Under the pieces are notes generated by a model. That model had not been told where the DNA came from, did not search any database, and saw nothing but the letters and a program-made list of their open reading frames with translations. A program made the position numbers and the translations under genes. A stretch of DNA of 32,000 nucleotides from Haloferax volcanii DS2 (lineage in GTDB: Archaea > Halobacteriota > Halobacteria > Halobacteriales > Haloferacaceae), in the NCBI RefSeq assembly GCF_000025685.1, contig NC_013967.1:2790001-2822000 (forward strand). The letters are read 5' to 3'. This document shows positions 1-9,909 of the stretch, one piece after another. Positions within the stretch are counted from its first letter, which is position 1, and each line of letters starts with the position of its first letter.

Positions 1-2259
1 TTCGTCGTCCGCCGCGCCGAAGACGCCGACGGGGACGGTCACCTCGTCGGAGAGGTAGCACGTCTTCGTCGACATCTCAACGTCGTTGACGGTGACGCGG
101 ACACCGACCGAGCCGCCGCCGCCGTCGTTTCGAACGCGGATGTCGTGCATGTCGCTCTCGCCGCGGGCGACCGACTCGGGGAACTCGCCCCAGTCGATGT
201 CGGGCGCGGGGAGGTCCTTCGCGCTCTCGATGACGCGCTCGGCGACGCCCTGCGAGAGGCCCGCGCGAGTGAGTTCCTTCACGCCGGCGTCGACCACGTC
301 GGCCGGGGTCGAGAGGCCGCCGGTGGCGAGCTTTCGCGCGCGACCGGGACCGATGCCGTCGACGGCCGTGAGCGCCGCGGCGTCGCTGCTGACGCCGTTG
401 TCGACGCGGGCCTCGACGCGCTTCGCGAGGTTGGCCGCGCGGGCGTCCGCGAAGGTGTCGAGGAACTCCCGGAGCGCCGAGAGGAGTCGGAGCGCGTTCT
501 GCTTGATGACCCACGCGTCGCTCCGGAGTTCGCTCGGCGTCGAGTTCGCCATGCTGGCGTGGAGGATGGCGAGCACCTTCTTCGGGCCGTCTTCGAGCGT
601 GGTCGAGACGCCCGTCAGCACCGAGTCGACGGCGTCCACCTCGGACTGGCGCGCCGACACCTGTCGGAAGTCGGCCGCGCCCGCGACGGTTTCGAGGACG
701 TCGTCGGCGGTGATGCGGTCCCGTTCCGCGAGGTCCGCGAAGCGCGAGGCGGTCCCGAGTCGGAGATAGTACTTCGAGGTGAGTCGCCCGAGCGGGGTCG
801 CGTCGATGGAGAGGTCGTCGTCCATCTCGACGAAGCCGCGGGAGACGAGGCGGTCGAGCACGTCGCGGACGCGCGAGCGGAGGTCCTCGAAGTCGTAGGC
901 CGCCGGGTTCGACTGCGCCCGCCGGTAGTAGAACGTCGTCTCCAGCCACGACATGACGTCGTCGAGGTCGCGGATGGTCCCCATGGCGATTTCGGCGTTG
1001 AGGTGCGAGTCGAGGTCCTCTGCGAGGCGCGACTCGATTTCCTTGCCCTCGCGGAGCAGGCGGCGGTACTTGTTCTGGTCCGAGCGGTCGCAGACGACCC
1101 AGCCGTAGCCGACGTCGTCGTAGCCGGGGCGGCCGGCGCGGCCGAGCATCTGGAGGATGTCGAGCGGGGAGATGTCCACCTCGCCTTCGAGGGGGTCGTG
1201 GTGTTTCGTGTCGCGGATGACGACACAGCGGGCGGGGAGGTTCACGCCCCACGCGAGCGTGGAGGTCGAAAACAGGAGCTGAATCTTGCCCTCCTTGAAC
1301 CACTCCTCGACGGCCTCGCGGTCGTCCCGCGAGAGGCCGGCGTGGTGGAAGCCGACGCCGTCCAAGACGCCCTTGGCGAGCGAGTCGTTGCTCAGTTCCT
1401 TCGCCTCGTTGTGGAAGTCGTAGTCGCCGCGCGCGCCGATGGGCACGTCGCGCTTTGCGAGTTCGTCGCGGGCCTTGGCGGCCGCGCGGACGGCGTCCTG
1501 CCGCGAGGAGACGAAGACGAGCGACTGGCCGCCGTCGCGGATGTGGGGCTCCGCGAGGTCGAACGCCCGGTACAGTCGGCGGTACTTGTCGGCGAAGGAG
1601 TTCTCGCCGTGGGTGTAGGTCTTGACGCCCGCGTGGAGGTCGACGGGGCGATAGTCGTCACCGAACTCGAAGGTGGTCTCGTCCGGCGCGTCGAGCCACG
1701 CCGCCACGTCGTCGATGTTGGGCATGGTCGCAGACAGCGCGACGATTCGGGGGTCGCAGATGCGGCGCATCCGCGAGACGGTGACTTCGAGGACGCCGCC
1801 GCGGGTCTCCGAATCCAGCAGGTGGACCTCGTCGATGACGACGCAGTCGACGTCCTCGATGAACGAGTAGCGCGCGGAGTCGTGTTTCCGGGTCGCGGAG
1901 TCGGTCTTCTCGGGCGTCATCACGAGGATGTCGGCGCGGGCGGCCCGGCGGGGATTCAGGTCGCGCTCGCCGGTGACGACGTAGACGGAGTAACCGAGGT
2001 CCTCGAAGCGCTCCCACTCGGTCTCCTTCTCGGTGGTGAGCGCGCGGAGCGGCGCGATGAAAAGCGCCGTCCCCTCGTCGCGGAGGGTCCGGCAGATGGC
2101 GAGTTCGGCGAGCGCCGTCTTCCCGCTGGCGGTGGGCGCGGAGGCGACGACGTTGTGGTCGGTGTCGAGGATGGCGGGCAGCGCCTCGCGCTGCATCCGG
2201 TTGAACTCCTCGAACCCGAAGGCGTCTGCGAACTCGGGGACCGCCTCGGCGACTTTCAC
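1..2259 (-). CDS. Ski2/Hel308-like superfamily-2 helicase with Sec63-like and helix-hairpin-helix C-terminal modules. The 3' end runs off the window, so it is not in the supplied ORF track.
   Basis: Hand translation of the minus strand from GTG at 2259 gives VKVAEAVPEFADAFGFEEFNRMQREALPAIL. Motifs: Walker A ASAPTASGKT, DEVH box VVIDEVHLL, SAT motif LSATMPN, motif VI QMLGRAGRPGYD. These are followed by a Sec63-type region (ATPLGRLTSKYYL) and an HhH (VDGIGPGRARKL). The frame stays open to position 1. Alternative in-frame GTG starts lie at 2268 and 2319. Confidence 0.85.
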   Translation of the reverse strand, partial: MKVAEAVPEFADAFGFEEFNRMQREALPAILDTDHNVVASAPTASGKTALAELAICRTLRDEGTALFIAPLRALTTEKETEWERFEDLGYSVYVVTGERDLNPRRAARADILVMTPEKTDSATRKHDSARYSFIEDVDCVVIDEVHLLDSETRGGVLEVTVSRMRRICDPRIVALSATMPNIDDVAAWLDAPDETTFEFGDDYRPVDLHAGVKTYTHGENSFADKYRRLYRAFDLAEPHIRDGGQSLVFVSSRQDAVRAAAKARDELAKRDVPIGARGDYDFHNEAKELSNDSLAKGVLDGVGFHHAGLSRDDREAVEEWFKEGKIQLLFSTSTLAWGVNLPARCVVIRDTKHHDPLEGEVDISPLDILQMLGRAGRPGYDDVGYGWVVCDRSDQNKYRRLLREGKEIESRLAEDLDSHLNAEIAMGTIRDLDDVMSWLETTFYYRRAQSNPAAYDFEDLRSRVRDVLDRLVSRGFVEMDDDLSIDATPLGRLTSKYYLRLGTASRFADLAERDRITADDVLETVAGAADFRQVSARQSEVDAVDSVLTGVSTTLEDGPKKVLAILHASMANSTPSELRSDAWVIKQNALRLLSALREFLDTFADARAANLAKRVEARVDNGVSSDAAALTAVDGIGPGRARKLATGGLSTPADVVDAGVKELTRAGLSQGVAERVIESAKDLPAPDIDWGEFPESVARGESDMHDIRVRNDGGGGSVGVRVTVNDVEMSTKTCYLSDEVTVPVGVFGAADDE

Positions 2260-2462
2260 TGGGCGCACCTCCGGGTGCGCGCTGGCGTCGGGGACGAGAC
2301 GAAGACGAGCGTCATACACGAAGCCGAGTCGTCCGTGGGGAAAGGCGTTTCTCCATCCGGCGCGGCGGCTCGGGAGCGTCGAACGAGCGGAACACGGAGG
2401 GGCTGAGGTTGGTGGGTGGTAGGGTGGTGAGGATTGGTTCGGGGACCGAGGCGCAGGCCCGC

Positions 2463-2570
2463 TTACGCAGCGCCGGCGAGCGCGGCGATGAACGACCAGT
2501 TCGTCCCCGCGGTGGCCTCGTGCTTCTTCGATTCGGCCTTCGTCATGTCGCGGCGATGTTTCCAGTTCAT
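2463..2570 (-). CDS. Candidate 35-aa small protein (MNWKHRRDMTKAESKKHEATAGTNWSFIAALAGAA), below the ORF-track size cutoff.
   Basis: ATG at 2570 and TAA at 2463-2465. TATA-like TTATAT (complement of 2594-2599) lies 23 nt upstream of the ATG, the spacing typical of haloarchaeal leaderless transcripts. No homology is recognised. Confidence 0.3.
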   Translation of the reverse strand: MNWKHRRDMTKAESKKHEATAGTNWSFIAALAGAA

Positions 2571-2593
2571 ACTCGAGAGAAGTATTTACTCGA

Positions 2594-2599
2594 ATATAA
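2594..2599 (-). promoter_or_regulatory. TATA-like box for the minus-strand small ORF.
   Basis: TTATAT on the minus strand, 23 nt upstream of ATG 2570, inside the only A+T-rich patch of this intergenic region. Confidence 0.4.
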
Positions 2600-2615
2600 G
2601 TTTTTCAGTTATGTG

Positions 2616-2621
2616 ATATAT
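2616..2621 (+). promoter_or_regulatory. TATA-like box for a plus-strand transcript starting near 2647 (leader or sRNA upstream of lipA).
   Basis: ATATAT lies 25 nt upstream of an ATG at 2647. The 20-codon ORF that follows (2647-2709) has only about half G/C at third codon positions, so the transcript is probably non-coding. Confidence 0.35.
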
Positions 2622-2694
2622 CTAGCACGGTCGTACGTGCTGTTTGATGGAAAGTCGTGATGTATCCGAGGTGGACGTTTCGTTTTCCGTGATA

Positions 2695-2722
2695 GAACTG
2701 TTCGTTTGAACTGTTCTGAACA
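2695..2722. promoter_or_regulatory. Array of GAAC-N-GTTC half-site palindromes; candidate transcription-factor binding site upstream of lipA.
   Basis: GAACTGTTC occurs at 2695-2703 and again at 2708-2716, overlapping the 11-nt palindrome TGTTCTGAACA at 2712-2722. Confidence 0.4.
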
Positions 2723-2867
2723 ACGTGTGCTACCGTAGACCATTGTTCGGCCGAACGGTGTCGTGGCGACGCGGGTTCGCTCGCCTCTGGCGAGCGATCC
2801 CGCCGCCAACCCGACAGACGGCGGACCAATCCTCACGTTTTTGCCCGTCGCCTCGCAAGAACTGCCT

Positions 2868-3803
2868 ATGCGCACGCGGCGGAAGCCAGACTGGTTGAAG
2901 ATGCGACCGCCATCGGGCCGGCGCTTCACCGATATCAAATCGACGCTCCGGGACCGGAACCTCAACACCGTCTGCGAGGAGGCGAACTGCCCGAACCTCG
3001 GGGAGTGCTGGAGCGGCCGCGACGGCCCCGGGACGGCCACGTTCATGCTCATGGGCGACCGGTGTTCGCGCGGGTGTAACTTCTGCGACGTGACGACAGG
3101 CGGGATGGAGCCGCTGGACTCCGACGAACCGGCGAACGTCGCCGACGCGGTGACCGAAATCGGCCTCGACTACGTCGTGTTGACCTCCGTGGACCGCGAC
3201 GACCTGCCGGACCAGGGCGCGGCCCACTTCGCGGAGACCATCCGCGAAATCAAGCGCCGCGACCCCGAGGTGCTCGTCGAGGTGCTGATTCCCGACTTCC
3301 AGGGCGACCCCGAGCACGTCCGGAAGATAATCGACGCCGGACCCGACGTCATCGCCCACAACATCGAGACCGTCGAGCGCCTCCAGTGGCCGATTCGGGA
3401 CCGCCGTGCCGGCTACGAGCAGTCGCTTTCGGTGCTCCAGCAGGTGACAGACGAGTCCGACATCCACACGAAGACCTCGGTCATGCTCGGTCTCGGCGAG
3501 CACGCCCACGAGGTCTACCAGACGCTTTCCGACCTCCGCGAGGCCGACGTGGATATCGTCACCTTCGGCCAGTACCTCCAGCCCTCTCGGAGCCACCTCG
3601 ACGTGTTCGAGTACGTCCACCCCGACGCCTTCGAGACGTGGCGGCGCGTCGCAGAAGACGAACTGGGTTTCCTCTACTGCGCGTCCGGCCCGATGGTCCG
3701 GTCGTCGTACAAGGCCGGCGAGTTGTTCGTGGACGCGCTCCTCCGCGAGGGGTCGAGCGTCGAGGAGGCGCGACAGGCCGCGCGCGCGGCCGCCGGACAG
3801 TAA
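2868..3803 (+). CDS. lipA: Lipoyl synthase (radical SAM).
   Basis: RRKPDWLK N-terminus, the auxiliary-cluster motif CEEANCPNLGEC and the radical-SAM motif CSRGCNFC. Start chosen at the internal ATG 2868 of track ORF 2763..3803. A T-rich box (CGTTTTTG) lies 24 nt upstream. The 311-aa length fits haloarchaeal LipA as I remember it. Confidence 0.93.
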   Translation: MRTRRKPDWLKMRPPSGRRFTDIKSTLRDRNLNTVCEEANCPNLGECWSGRDGPGTATFMLMGDRCSRGCNFCDVTTGGMEPLDSDEPANVADAVTEIGLDYVVLTSVDRDDLPDQGAAHFAETIREIKRRDPEVLVEVLIPDFQGDPEHVRKIIDAGPDVIAHNIETVERLQWPIRDRRAGYEQSLSVLQQVTDESDIHTKTSVMLGLGEHAHEVYQTLSDLREADVDIVTFGQYLQPSRSHLDVFEYVHPDAFETWRRVAEDELGFLYCASGPMVRSSYKAGELFVDALLREGSSVEEARQAARAAAGQ

Positions 3804-4085
3804 GTCTCGCCGCCATCCCAGCCCACTCCGCGCGACTCGACCGACCGGGTCCGACTCCACGCCCGCCCCGAAGCGGACCTGCAACGCTGCCGATATTTCC
3901 GATTATCTCTCGGTGATGTGTGGGTTCACACGAATGAACGTCAGGAAGAATCGTTTAGAAGCGAAAATGTCCAATTTTATCTCGTGTGAGTTGACATAGC
4001 ACGACGCGAGGCGCAATATTCCGAGTCAAAGTAAATTATATACGAAAACAATATAACGCCGGCGGGTGTCGATTTTGCCATGAAC

Positions 4086-4092
4086 AGGAGGG
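4086..4092 (+). promoter_or_regulatory. Shine-Dalgarno-like AGGAGGG preceding the GTG start of the E1 alpha gene.
   Basis: AGGAGGG ends 7 nt before GTG 4100. A+T-rich TATA candidates (AAATTATATA, CAATATAA) lie 40-65 nt upstream, so this operon appears to be leadered, unlike most genes here. Confidence 0.5.
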
Positions 4093-4099
4093 TTCTCCC

Positions 4100-5206
4100 G
4101 TGAGCGTGCTTCAACGCGACCCGCAGGACCGGGTACGAGTGCTCGACGAGGACGGGACCGTCGTCGGCGAGGTTCCCGACATCGACGACGAGACGCTCGT
4201 CGAGATGTACCGATACATGCGTCTCGCCCGGCACTTCGACACGCGGGCGGTGAGTCTCCAGCGACAGGGGCGGATGGGGACGTATCCGCCGCTGTCGGGA
4301 CAGGAGGGCGCACAAATCGGGAGCGCAATCGCGCTCGACGAACAGGACTGGATGGTCCCGAGCTATCGCGAACACGGCGCGTCGCTGCTCCGGGGGCTTC
4401 CGCTGAAGCAGACGCTTCTGTACTGGATGGGCCACGAGAAGGGCAACGAGATGCCCGAGGGCGTGAACCTCTTCCCGCCCGCGGTCCCCATCGCTTCGCA
4501 GATTCCCCACGCGACCGGCGCGGCGTGGGCGAAGAAGCTCCGCGGCGAGGACGACACGGCCGTCATCTGTTACTTCGGTGACGGCGCGACCTCCGAGGGC
4601 GACTTCCACGAGGGGCTGAACTTCGCGGGCGTCTTCGACACCCCGAACGTCTTCTTCTGTAACAACAACCAGTGGGCCATCTCGGTGCCGCGGGAGCGAC
4701 AGACCGCCTCCGAGACGCTGGCGCAGAAGGCGACCGCCTACGGCATCGACGGCGTGCAGGTCGACGGGATGGACCCGCTCGCGGTCTACTCCGTGACGAA
4801 GGCGGCGCTCGACAAGGCGAAGAACCCCGGCGAGGGCGAGGGCCGCCCGACGCTCATCGAGGCGGTCCAGTACCGCTTCGGCGCGCACACGACCGCCGAC
4901 GACCCGACCGTCTACCGCGACGACGAGGAAGTCGAGAAGTGGAAGGCGAAAGACCCCATCCCGCGGCTGGAGGCGTTCCTCCGCGAGACGGGCCGGATCG
5001 ACGACGAGGGCGTCGAGGCCATCGAAGAAGACGTGAAAGGGCGGGTCGCGGACGCCATCGAGGCGGCCGAGTCCGACCCGCGGCCGGACCCGAGCGAGAT
5101 GTTCAACCACGCATACGCCGAGCGAACCCCGGAGATTCAAGCGCAGTACGAGGAGTTCGAGGCGCTCCGCGAGAAGTTCGGCGACGAAGGATTCCTCAGA
5201 GAATGA
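4100..5206 (+). CDS. oadhA: 2-oxoacid dehydrogenase E1 component, alpha subunit (TPP-dependent; pdhA/oadhA-type).
   Basis: Track ORF of 368 aa. TPP-binding motif GDGATSEGDFHEGLNFAGV...NNNQWAIS. The stop overlaps the next start (ATGA at 5203-5206). Confidence 0.92.
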   Translation: MSVLQRDPQDRVRVLDEDGTVVGEVPDIDDETLVEMYRYMRLARHFDTRAVSLQRQGRMGTYPPLSGQEGAQIGSAIALDEQDWMVPSYREHGASLLRGLPLKQTLLYWMGHEKGNEMPEGVNLFPPAVPIASQIPHATGAAWAKKLRGEDDTAVICYFGDGATSEGDFHEGLNFAGVFDTPNVFFCNNNQWAISVPRERQTASETLAQKATAYGIDGVQVDGMDPLAVYSVTKAALDKAKNPGEGEGRPTLIEAVQYRFGAHTTADDPTVYRDDEEVEKWKAKDPIPRLEAFLRETGRIDDEGVEAIEEDVKGRVADAIEAAESDPRPDPSEMFNHAYAERTPEIQAQYEEFEALREKFGDEGFLRE

Positions 5207-6186
5207 GCAGTCAGAACCTCACCATCGTGCAGGCGGTACGGGACGGTCTCTACACCGAGATGAACCTCGACGACGAGGTGCTCGTCATGGGCGAAGACGT
5301 CGGCAAGAACGGCGGCGTCTTCCGGGCTACGGAGGGCCTCTGGGACGAGTTCGGAGACGACCGCGTCATCGACACGCCGCTGGCCGAATCGGGCATCGTC
5401 GGCACGGCCATCGGCATGGCCGCGATGGGACTGAAGCCGGTCCCCGAGATTCAGTTCTCCGGCTTCATGTACCCCGGATTCGACCAAATCGTGAGCCACA
5501 TGGGGCGGTTCCGCAACCGCACCCGCGGCCGCTACACGCTCCCCATGGTGCTTCGTGCGCCCTACGGCGGCGGCATCCGCGCCCCCGAGTCGCACTCGGA
5601 GTCCAAGGAGATGTTCTACGCGCACGAGGCCGGCCTGAAGGTCGTCATCCCCTCGACGCCGTACGACACGAAGGGACTGCTCATCTCCGCCATCCGCGAC
5701 CCCGACCCGGTCATCTTCATGGAGCCGAAGCTCATCTACCGGGCGTTCCGCGGCGAAGTCCCGGAAGACGACTACACGGTCCCCATCGGCGAGGCCGCGG
5801 TTCGCCGCGAGGGCACGGACGTGTCCGTGTTCACCTTCGGCGCGATGACGCGCCCGACGCTGGAGGCCGTCGAGAACCTCGAAGAAGAGGGTATCGACGC
5901 CGAGGTCGTGGACATCCGAACCATCTCGCCGCTCGACCGCGAGACCATCGTGGAGTCGTTCAAGAAGACCGGCCGCGCGGTGGTCGTCCACGAGGCCCCG
6001 AAGAACGGCGGCCTCGGAGCCGAAATCACGGCGACGGTTCAGGAGGAGGCGCTGCTCTATCAGGAAGCGCCGGTCAAGCGCGTCGCGGGCTACGACGTGC
6101 CGTACCCGCTGTACGCGCTGGAGGACTACTACCTCCCGTCGGTCGCCCGCGTCGAAGAAGGTATTCGTGAGGCGGTGAACTTCTGA
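5203..6186 (+). CDS. oadhB: 2-oxoacid dehydrogenase E1 component, beta subunit.
   Basis: The in-frame tail of track ORF 4672..6186 starting MSSQNLTIVQAVRDGLYTEMNLDDEVLVMGEDVG is typical of a transketolase-like E1 beta. The upstream part of the track ORF is Arg-rich wrong-context sequence overlapping E1 alpha. Confidence 0.92.
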   Translation: MSSQNLTIVQAVRDGLYTEMNLDDEVLVMGEDVGKNGGVFRATEGLWDEFGDDRVIDTPLAESGIVGTAIGMAAMGLKPVPEIQFSGFMYPGFDQIVSHMGRFRNRTRGRYTLPMVLRAPYGGGIRAPESHSESKEMFYAHEAGLKVVIPSTPYDTKGLLISAIRDPDPVIFMEPKLIYRAFRGEVPEDDYTVPIGEAAVRREGTDVSVFTFGAMTRPTLEAVENLEEEGIDAEVVDIRTISPLDRETIVESFKKTGRAVVVHEAPKNGGLGAEITATVQEEALLYQEAPVKRVAGYDVPYPLYALEDYYLPSVARVEEGIREAVNF

Positions 6187-6189
6187 ACG

Positions 6190-7754
6190 ATGGCGCTCAA
6201 GGAATTCAAACTCCCCGACGTCGGTGAAGGCGTCGCGGAAGGCGAACTCGTAACGTGGCACGTCGCGCCGGGCGACGAGGTAACCGAAGACCAGGTGCTC
6301 GCGGAGGTCGAGACCGACAAGGCGCTCGTCGACGTGCCCTCGCCGTTCGACGGGACGGTGAAGGAACTCCTCGCCGAGGAGGGCGAGGTCGTCCCCGTCG
6401 GCGACGTCATCATCACCATTCAGGAGGATGGCGACGACGAGGAGGCCGCCGAGGCCGCCGACGCGGACGCCGAAGCGGCCGGGTCTGAGTCGGCCGAGGG
6501 CGACGACGGCGCTAGCGACGACGAGTCGGGTTCCGGCGGGCGCGTGTTCGCCCCGCCGAGCGTCCGTCGCCTCGCCCGCGAACTCGGCGTCGACCTCGAC
6601 GCCGTCGACGGCAGCGGCCCGAGCGGCCGCGTGACCGAAGGCGACGTTCGCGCCGCCGCGGACGACGACGGCGACGAGGACGACGAGCCCAGCGGCCCGC
6701 GGACCGTCCAGACCAACGGGAAGTCCGCGACCGCGAAGCGCGACGAGGGAACGTCCGCGTCCGCCTCCTCGTCCGCGCCGACCGAGAGCGCCGACCGCGA
6801 GCAGACGCTCGCCGCGCCCGCGACCCGCGCGCTGGCCAAAGAGGAGGGCGTCGACATCGACGCGGTCCCCGCGACGGAGATGCGCGACGGCGAGGCGTTC
6901 GTCTCGCCCGAGGCCGTCCAGGAGTACGCCCAAGCACAGCGCGAGGCGCAGGCCGCGGACGCCGAGGCGGTGTCCGCCGAGGCCGACGCCGGAACCGCGA
7001 CCGCCGAGGCGACGGTCGACGCGGCGAGTGAACCCGCACCGCCCGAGGCCGGCCCCGGTGCCGGCGAGCGCGTCCCCTACAAGGGCGTCCGCAAGGCCAT
7101 CGGCGACCAGATGCAGCGGTCGAAGTACACCGCGCCGCACGTCACCCACCACGACGAGGTGGACGTGACGGAGCTCGTCGAACTGCGCGAACAGCTCAAG
7201 CCCGTCGCCGAGGAGCGCGGCTCGCGGCTGACCTACATGCCGTTCGTGATGAAGGCCGTCGTCGCGGCGCTGAAGGGCTTCCCGTACCTCAACTCGCAGC
7301 TCGACGAGGAAAACGAGGAAATCGTCCTGCGCGACGAGTACAACATCGGCGTCGCGGCCGCGACCGACGCCGGTCTGCTCGTCCCCGTCGTCCACGACGC
7401 GGACCGCAAGGGGATGCTCGAACTCGCCGACGAGATGAACGAGAAGGTCGAGAAGGCCCGCAACCGCAAAATCGCGCCCGAGGAGATGCGCGGCGGCACC
7501 TTCACCATCACCAACGTCGGCGGCATCGGCGGCGAGTACGCGACGCCGATTATCAACTACCCCGAGGTGGCGATTCTCGCGCTCGGAGCCATCAAAGAAA
7601 AGCCCCGGGTCGTCGACGGTGAGGTCGTGCCGCGAAACGTCCTCACCCTCTCGCTGTCGTTCGACCACCGCGTCGTCGACGGCGCGCAGGGCGCTCGGTT
7701 CACGAACCGCGTGAAGGAACTGCTCGAAGACCCCAAACTGCTGGTGTTAGAATA

Positions 7755-7755
<1 letters not shown>
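6190..7755 (+). CDS. dsa: Dihydrolipoamide acyltransferase (E2) of the 2-oxoacid dehydrogenase complex.
   Basis: Lipoyl domain with EVETDKALVDVPSP, an acidic Ala/Asp/Glu linker, a peripheral-subunit-binding segment PPSVRRLARELGVDLDAVDGSGPSGRV, and a catalytic domain with the DHRVVDG motif. Confidence 0.92.
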
Positions 7756-9182
<1,427 letters not shown>

Positions 9183-9209
9183 GGAAGCGTCCGAAAAACG
9201 GCGAGCTGA

Positions 9210-9215
9210 TTTTTT
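9210..9215 (+). terminator. T6 run downstream of lpdA. The region is bidirectional, with a T5 run on the minus strand at 9194-9198.
   Basis: TTTTTT lies 28 nt after the lpdA stop. Haloarchaeal terminators are commonly simple U-tracts. The complementary strand carries GTTTTTC just downstream of the convergent XRE gene. Confidence 0.5.
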
Positions 9216-9426
9216 AAGCGGTCAGGTCGGCATCGAGTTCCGGGTCGAAGAGATCCTCGACGCGGCAGTCGAAGTACGCCGCCAGCTTGAACGCCAGTTC
9301 GAGCGAGGGGTCGTACCGCTCGCGCTCGATGGCGTTGATGGTCTGGCGGGTGACGCCGACCGCCTCTGCGAGTTCGCCTTGGCTGAGGTCGGCGGCCTCG
9401 CGGCGCGTTCGGAGCCCGTTTTTCAT
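9214..9426 (-). CDS. Small XRE/Cro-family helix-turn-helix transcriptional regulator (70 aa).
   Basis: MKNGLRTRREAADLSQGELAEAVGVTRQTINAIERERYDPSLELAFKLAAYF matches the short HTH_3-type regulators that pair with DUF2178 membrane proteins. The real start is an internal ATG of track ORF 9214..9960. It overlaps the upstream gene by ATGA (9423-9426). Confidence 0.88.
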   Translation of the reverse strand: MKNGLRTRREAADLSQGELAEAVGVTRQTINAIERERYDPSLELAFKLAAYFDCRVEDLFDPELDADLTA

Positions 9427-9839
9427 GTCCGAGCGCGGACCCAGAGGTAGCACAGGGCGAAGAGCCCGAACAGCCCGACGTAGCCGTACAGCGCGCCCGA
9501 GAGGAACGGCGAGACCTCGAACAGCCCGAGCGTCGCACCGAGTCGGGCGGCGGACGCGCCGAGGACGAGAACCACCGCGGTGACGGTCATGGTGAGCTGA
9601 CTCGCCCGCCGTTCGAGCGAGCGGTCGCGCTCGTCGAACAGCGCGACGTCGGTGCCACGCCAGACGGCGAGCGCGGCGACGATGCCGAGCCAGTAGACGG
9701 CTTCCCCGAGGACGGGGTAGTCGAGGAATCGGAGGACGAGGGAGGCGAGGACGCCCGCTCCGATGGAACCGAACAGCAGGCGCCGGTACCGCCGTTGTCT
9801 GGAGAGCCGAGGCGTCGGTGAGCGTTGGACTTGTGACAT
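9423..9839 (-). CDS. Four-TM membrane protein, DUF2178-like, co-transcribed with the XRE regulator.
   Basis: Track ORF of 138 aa with four hydrophobic segments. There is a 4-nt overlap with the downstream HTH gene. The family assignment is from memory of the conserved gene pairing, not from a search. Confidence 0.7.
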   Translation of the reverse strand: MSQVQRSPTPRLSRQRRYRRLLFGSIGAGVLASLVLRFLDYPVLGEAVYWLGIVAALAVWRGTDVALFDERDRSLERRASQLTMTVTAVVLVLGASAARLGATLGLFEVSPFLSGALYGYVGLFGLFALCYLWVRART

Positions 9840-9846
9840 AGTGCTG

Positions 9847-9909
9847 TGTAAAGCGCCGGTCGCGGGAAGCCGGGTGGAAAGTTCGCTTTACAGTAAAGTG
9901 TACTTTACA
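9847..9909. promoter_or_regulatory. Candidate operator: four TGTAAAG/CTTTACA half-sites upstream of the DUF2178-like/XRE operon.
   Basis: TGTAAAG at 9847-9853, CTTTACA at 9886-9892, GTAAAG at 9893-9898 and CTTTACA at 9903-9909. These form overlapping palindromes CTTTAC-A-GTAAAG and GTAAAG-TGTA-CTTTAC in the A+T-rich promoter region 8-70 nt upstream of start 9839. Confidence 0.5.

Noticed and set aside
77-2406. Long track ORFs 77..1303 (-), 86..769 (+), 145..2406 (+), 615..1226 (-) and 1658..2017 (-).
   Set aside because: They are Arg/Pro/Gly/Ala-rich, with no motifs. All overlap the well-supported helicase frame (minus strand, ending at position 1). They are typical open wrong frames or antisense frames in high-G+C DNA.
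2657-2720. C/D-box sRNA-like elements (GTGATGT, GTGATAG, CTGA).
   Set aside because: There is no CTGA D' box at the expected ~12-nt guide spacing. The terminal CTGA is 20 nt from the C'-like box, and there is no terminal stem. The architecture does not fit an archaeal C/D sRNA.
5137-7668. 843-aa minus-strand ORF antisense to the E1 beta and E2 genes.
   Set aside because: It has a Gly/Arg/Val/Asp-rich antisense-type composition and no recognisable domain. The opposite strand carries two genes with clear catalytic motifs.
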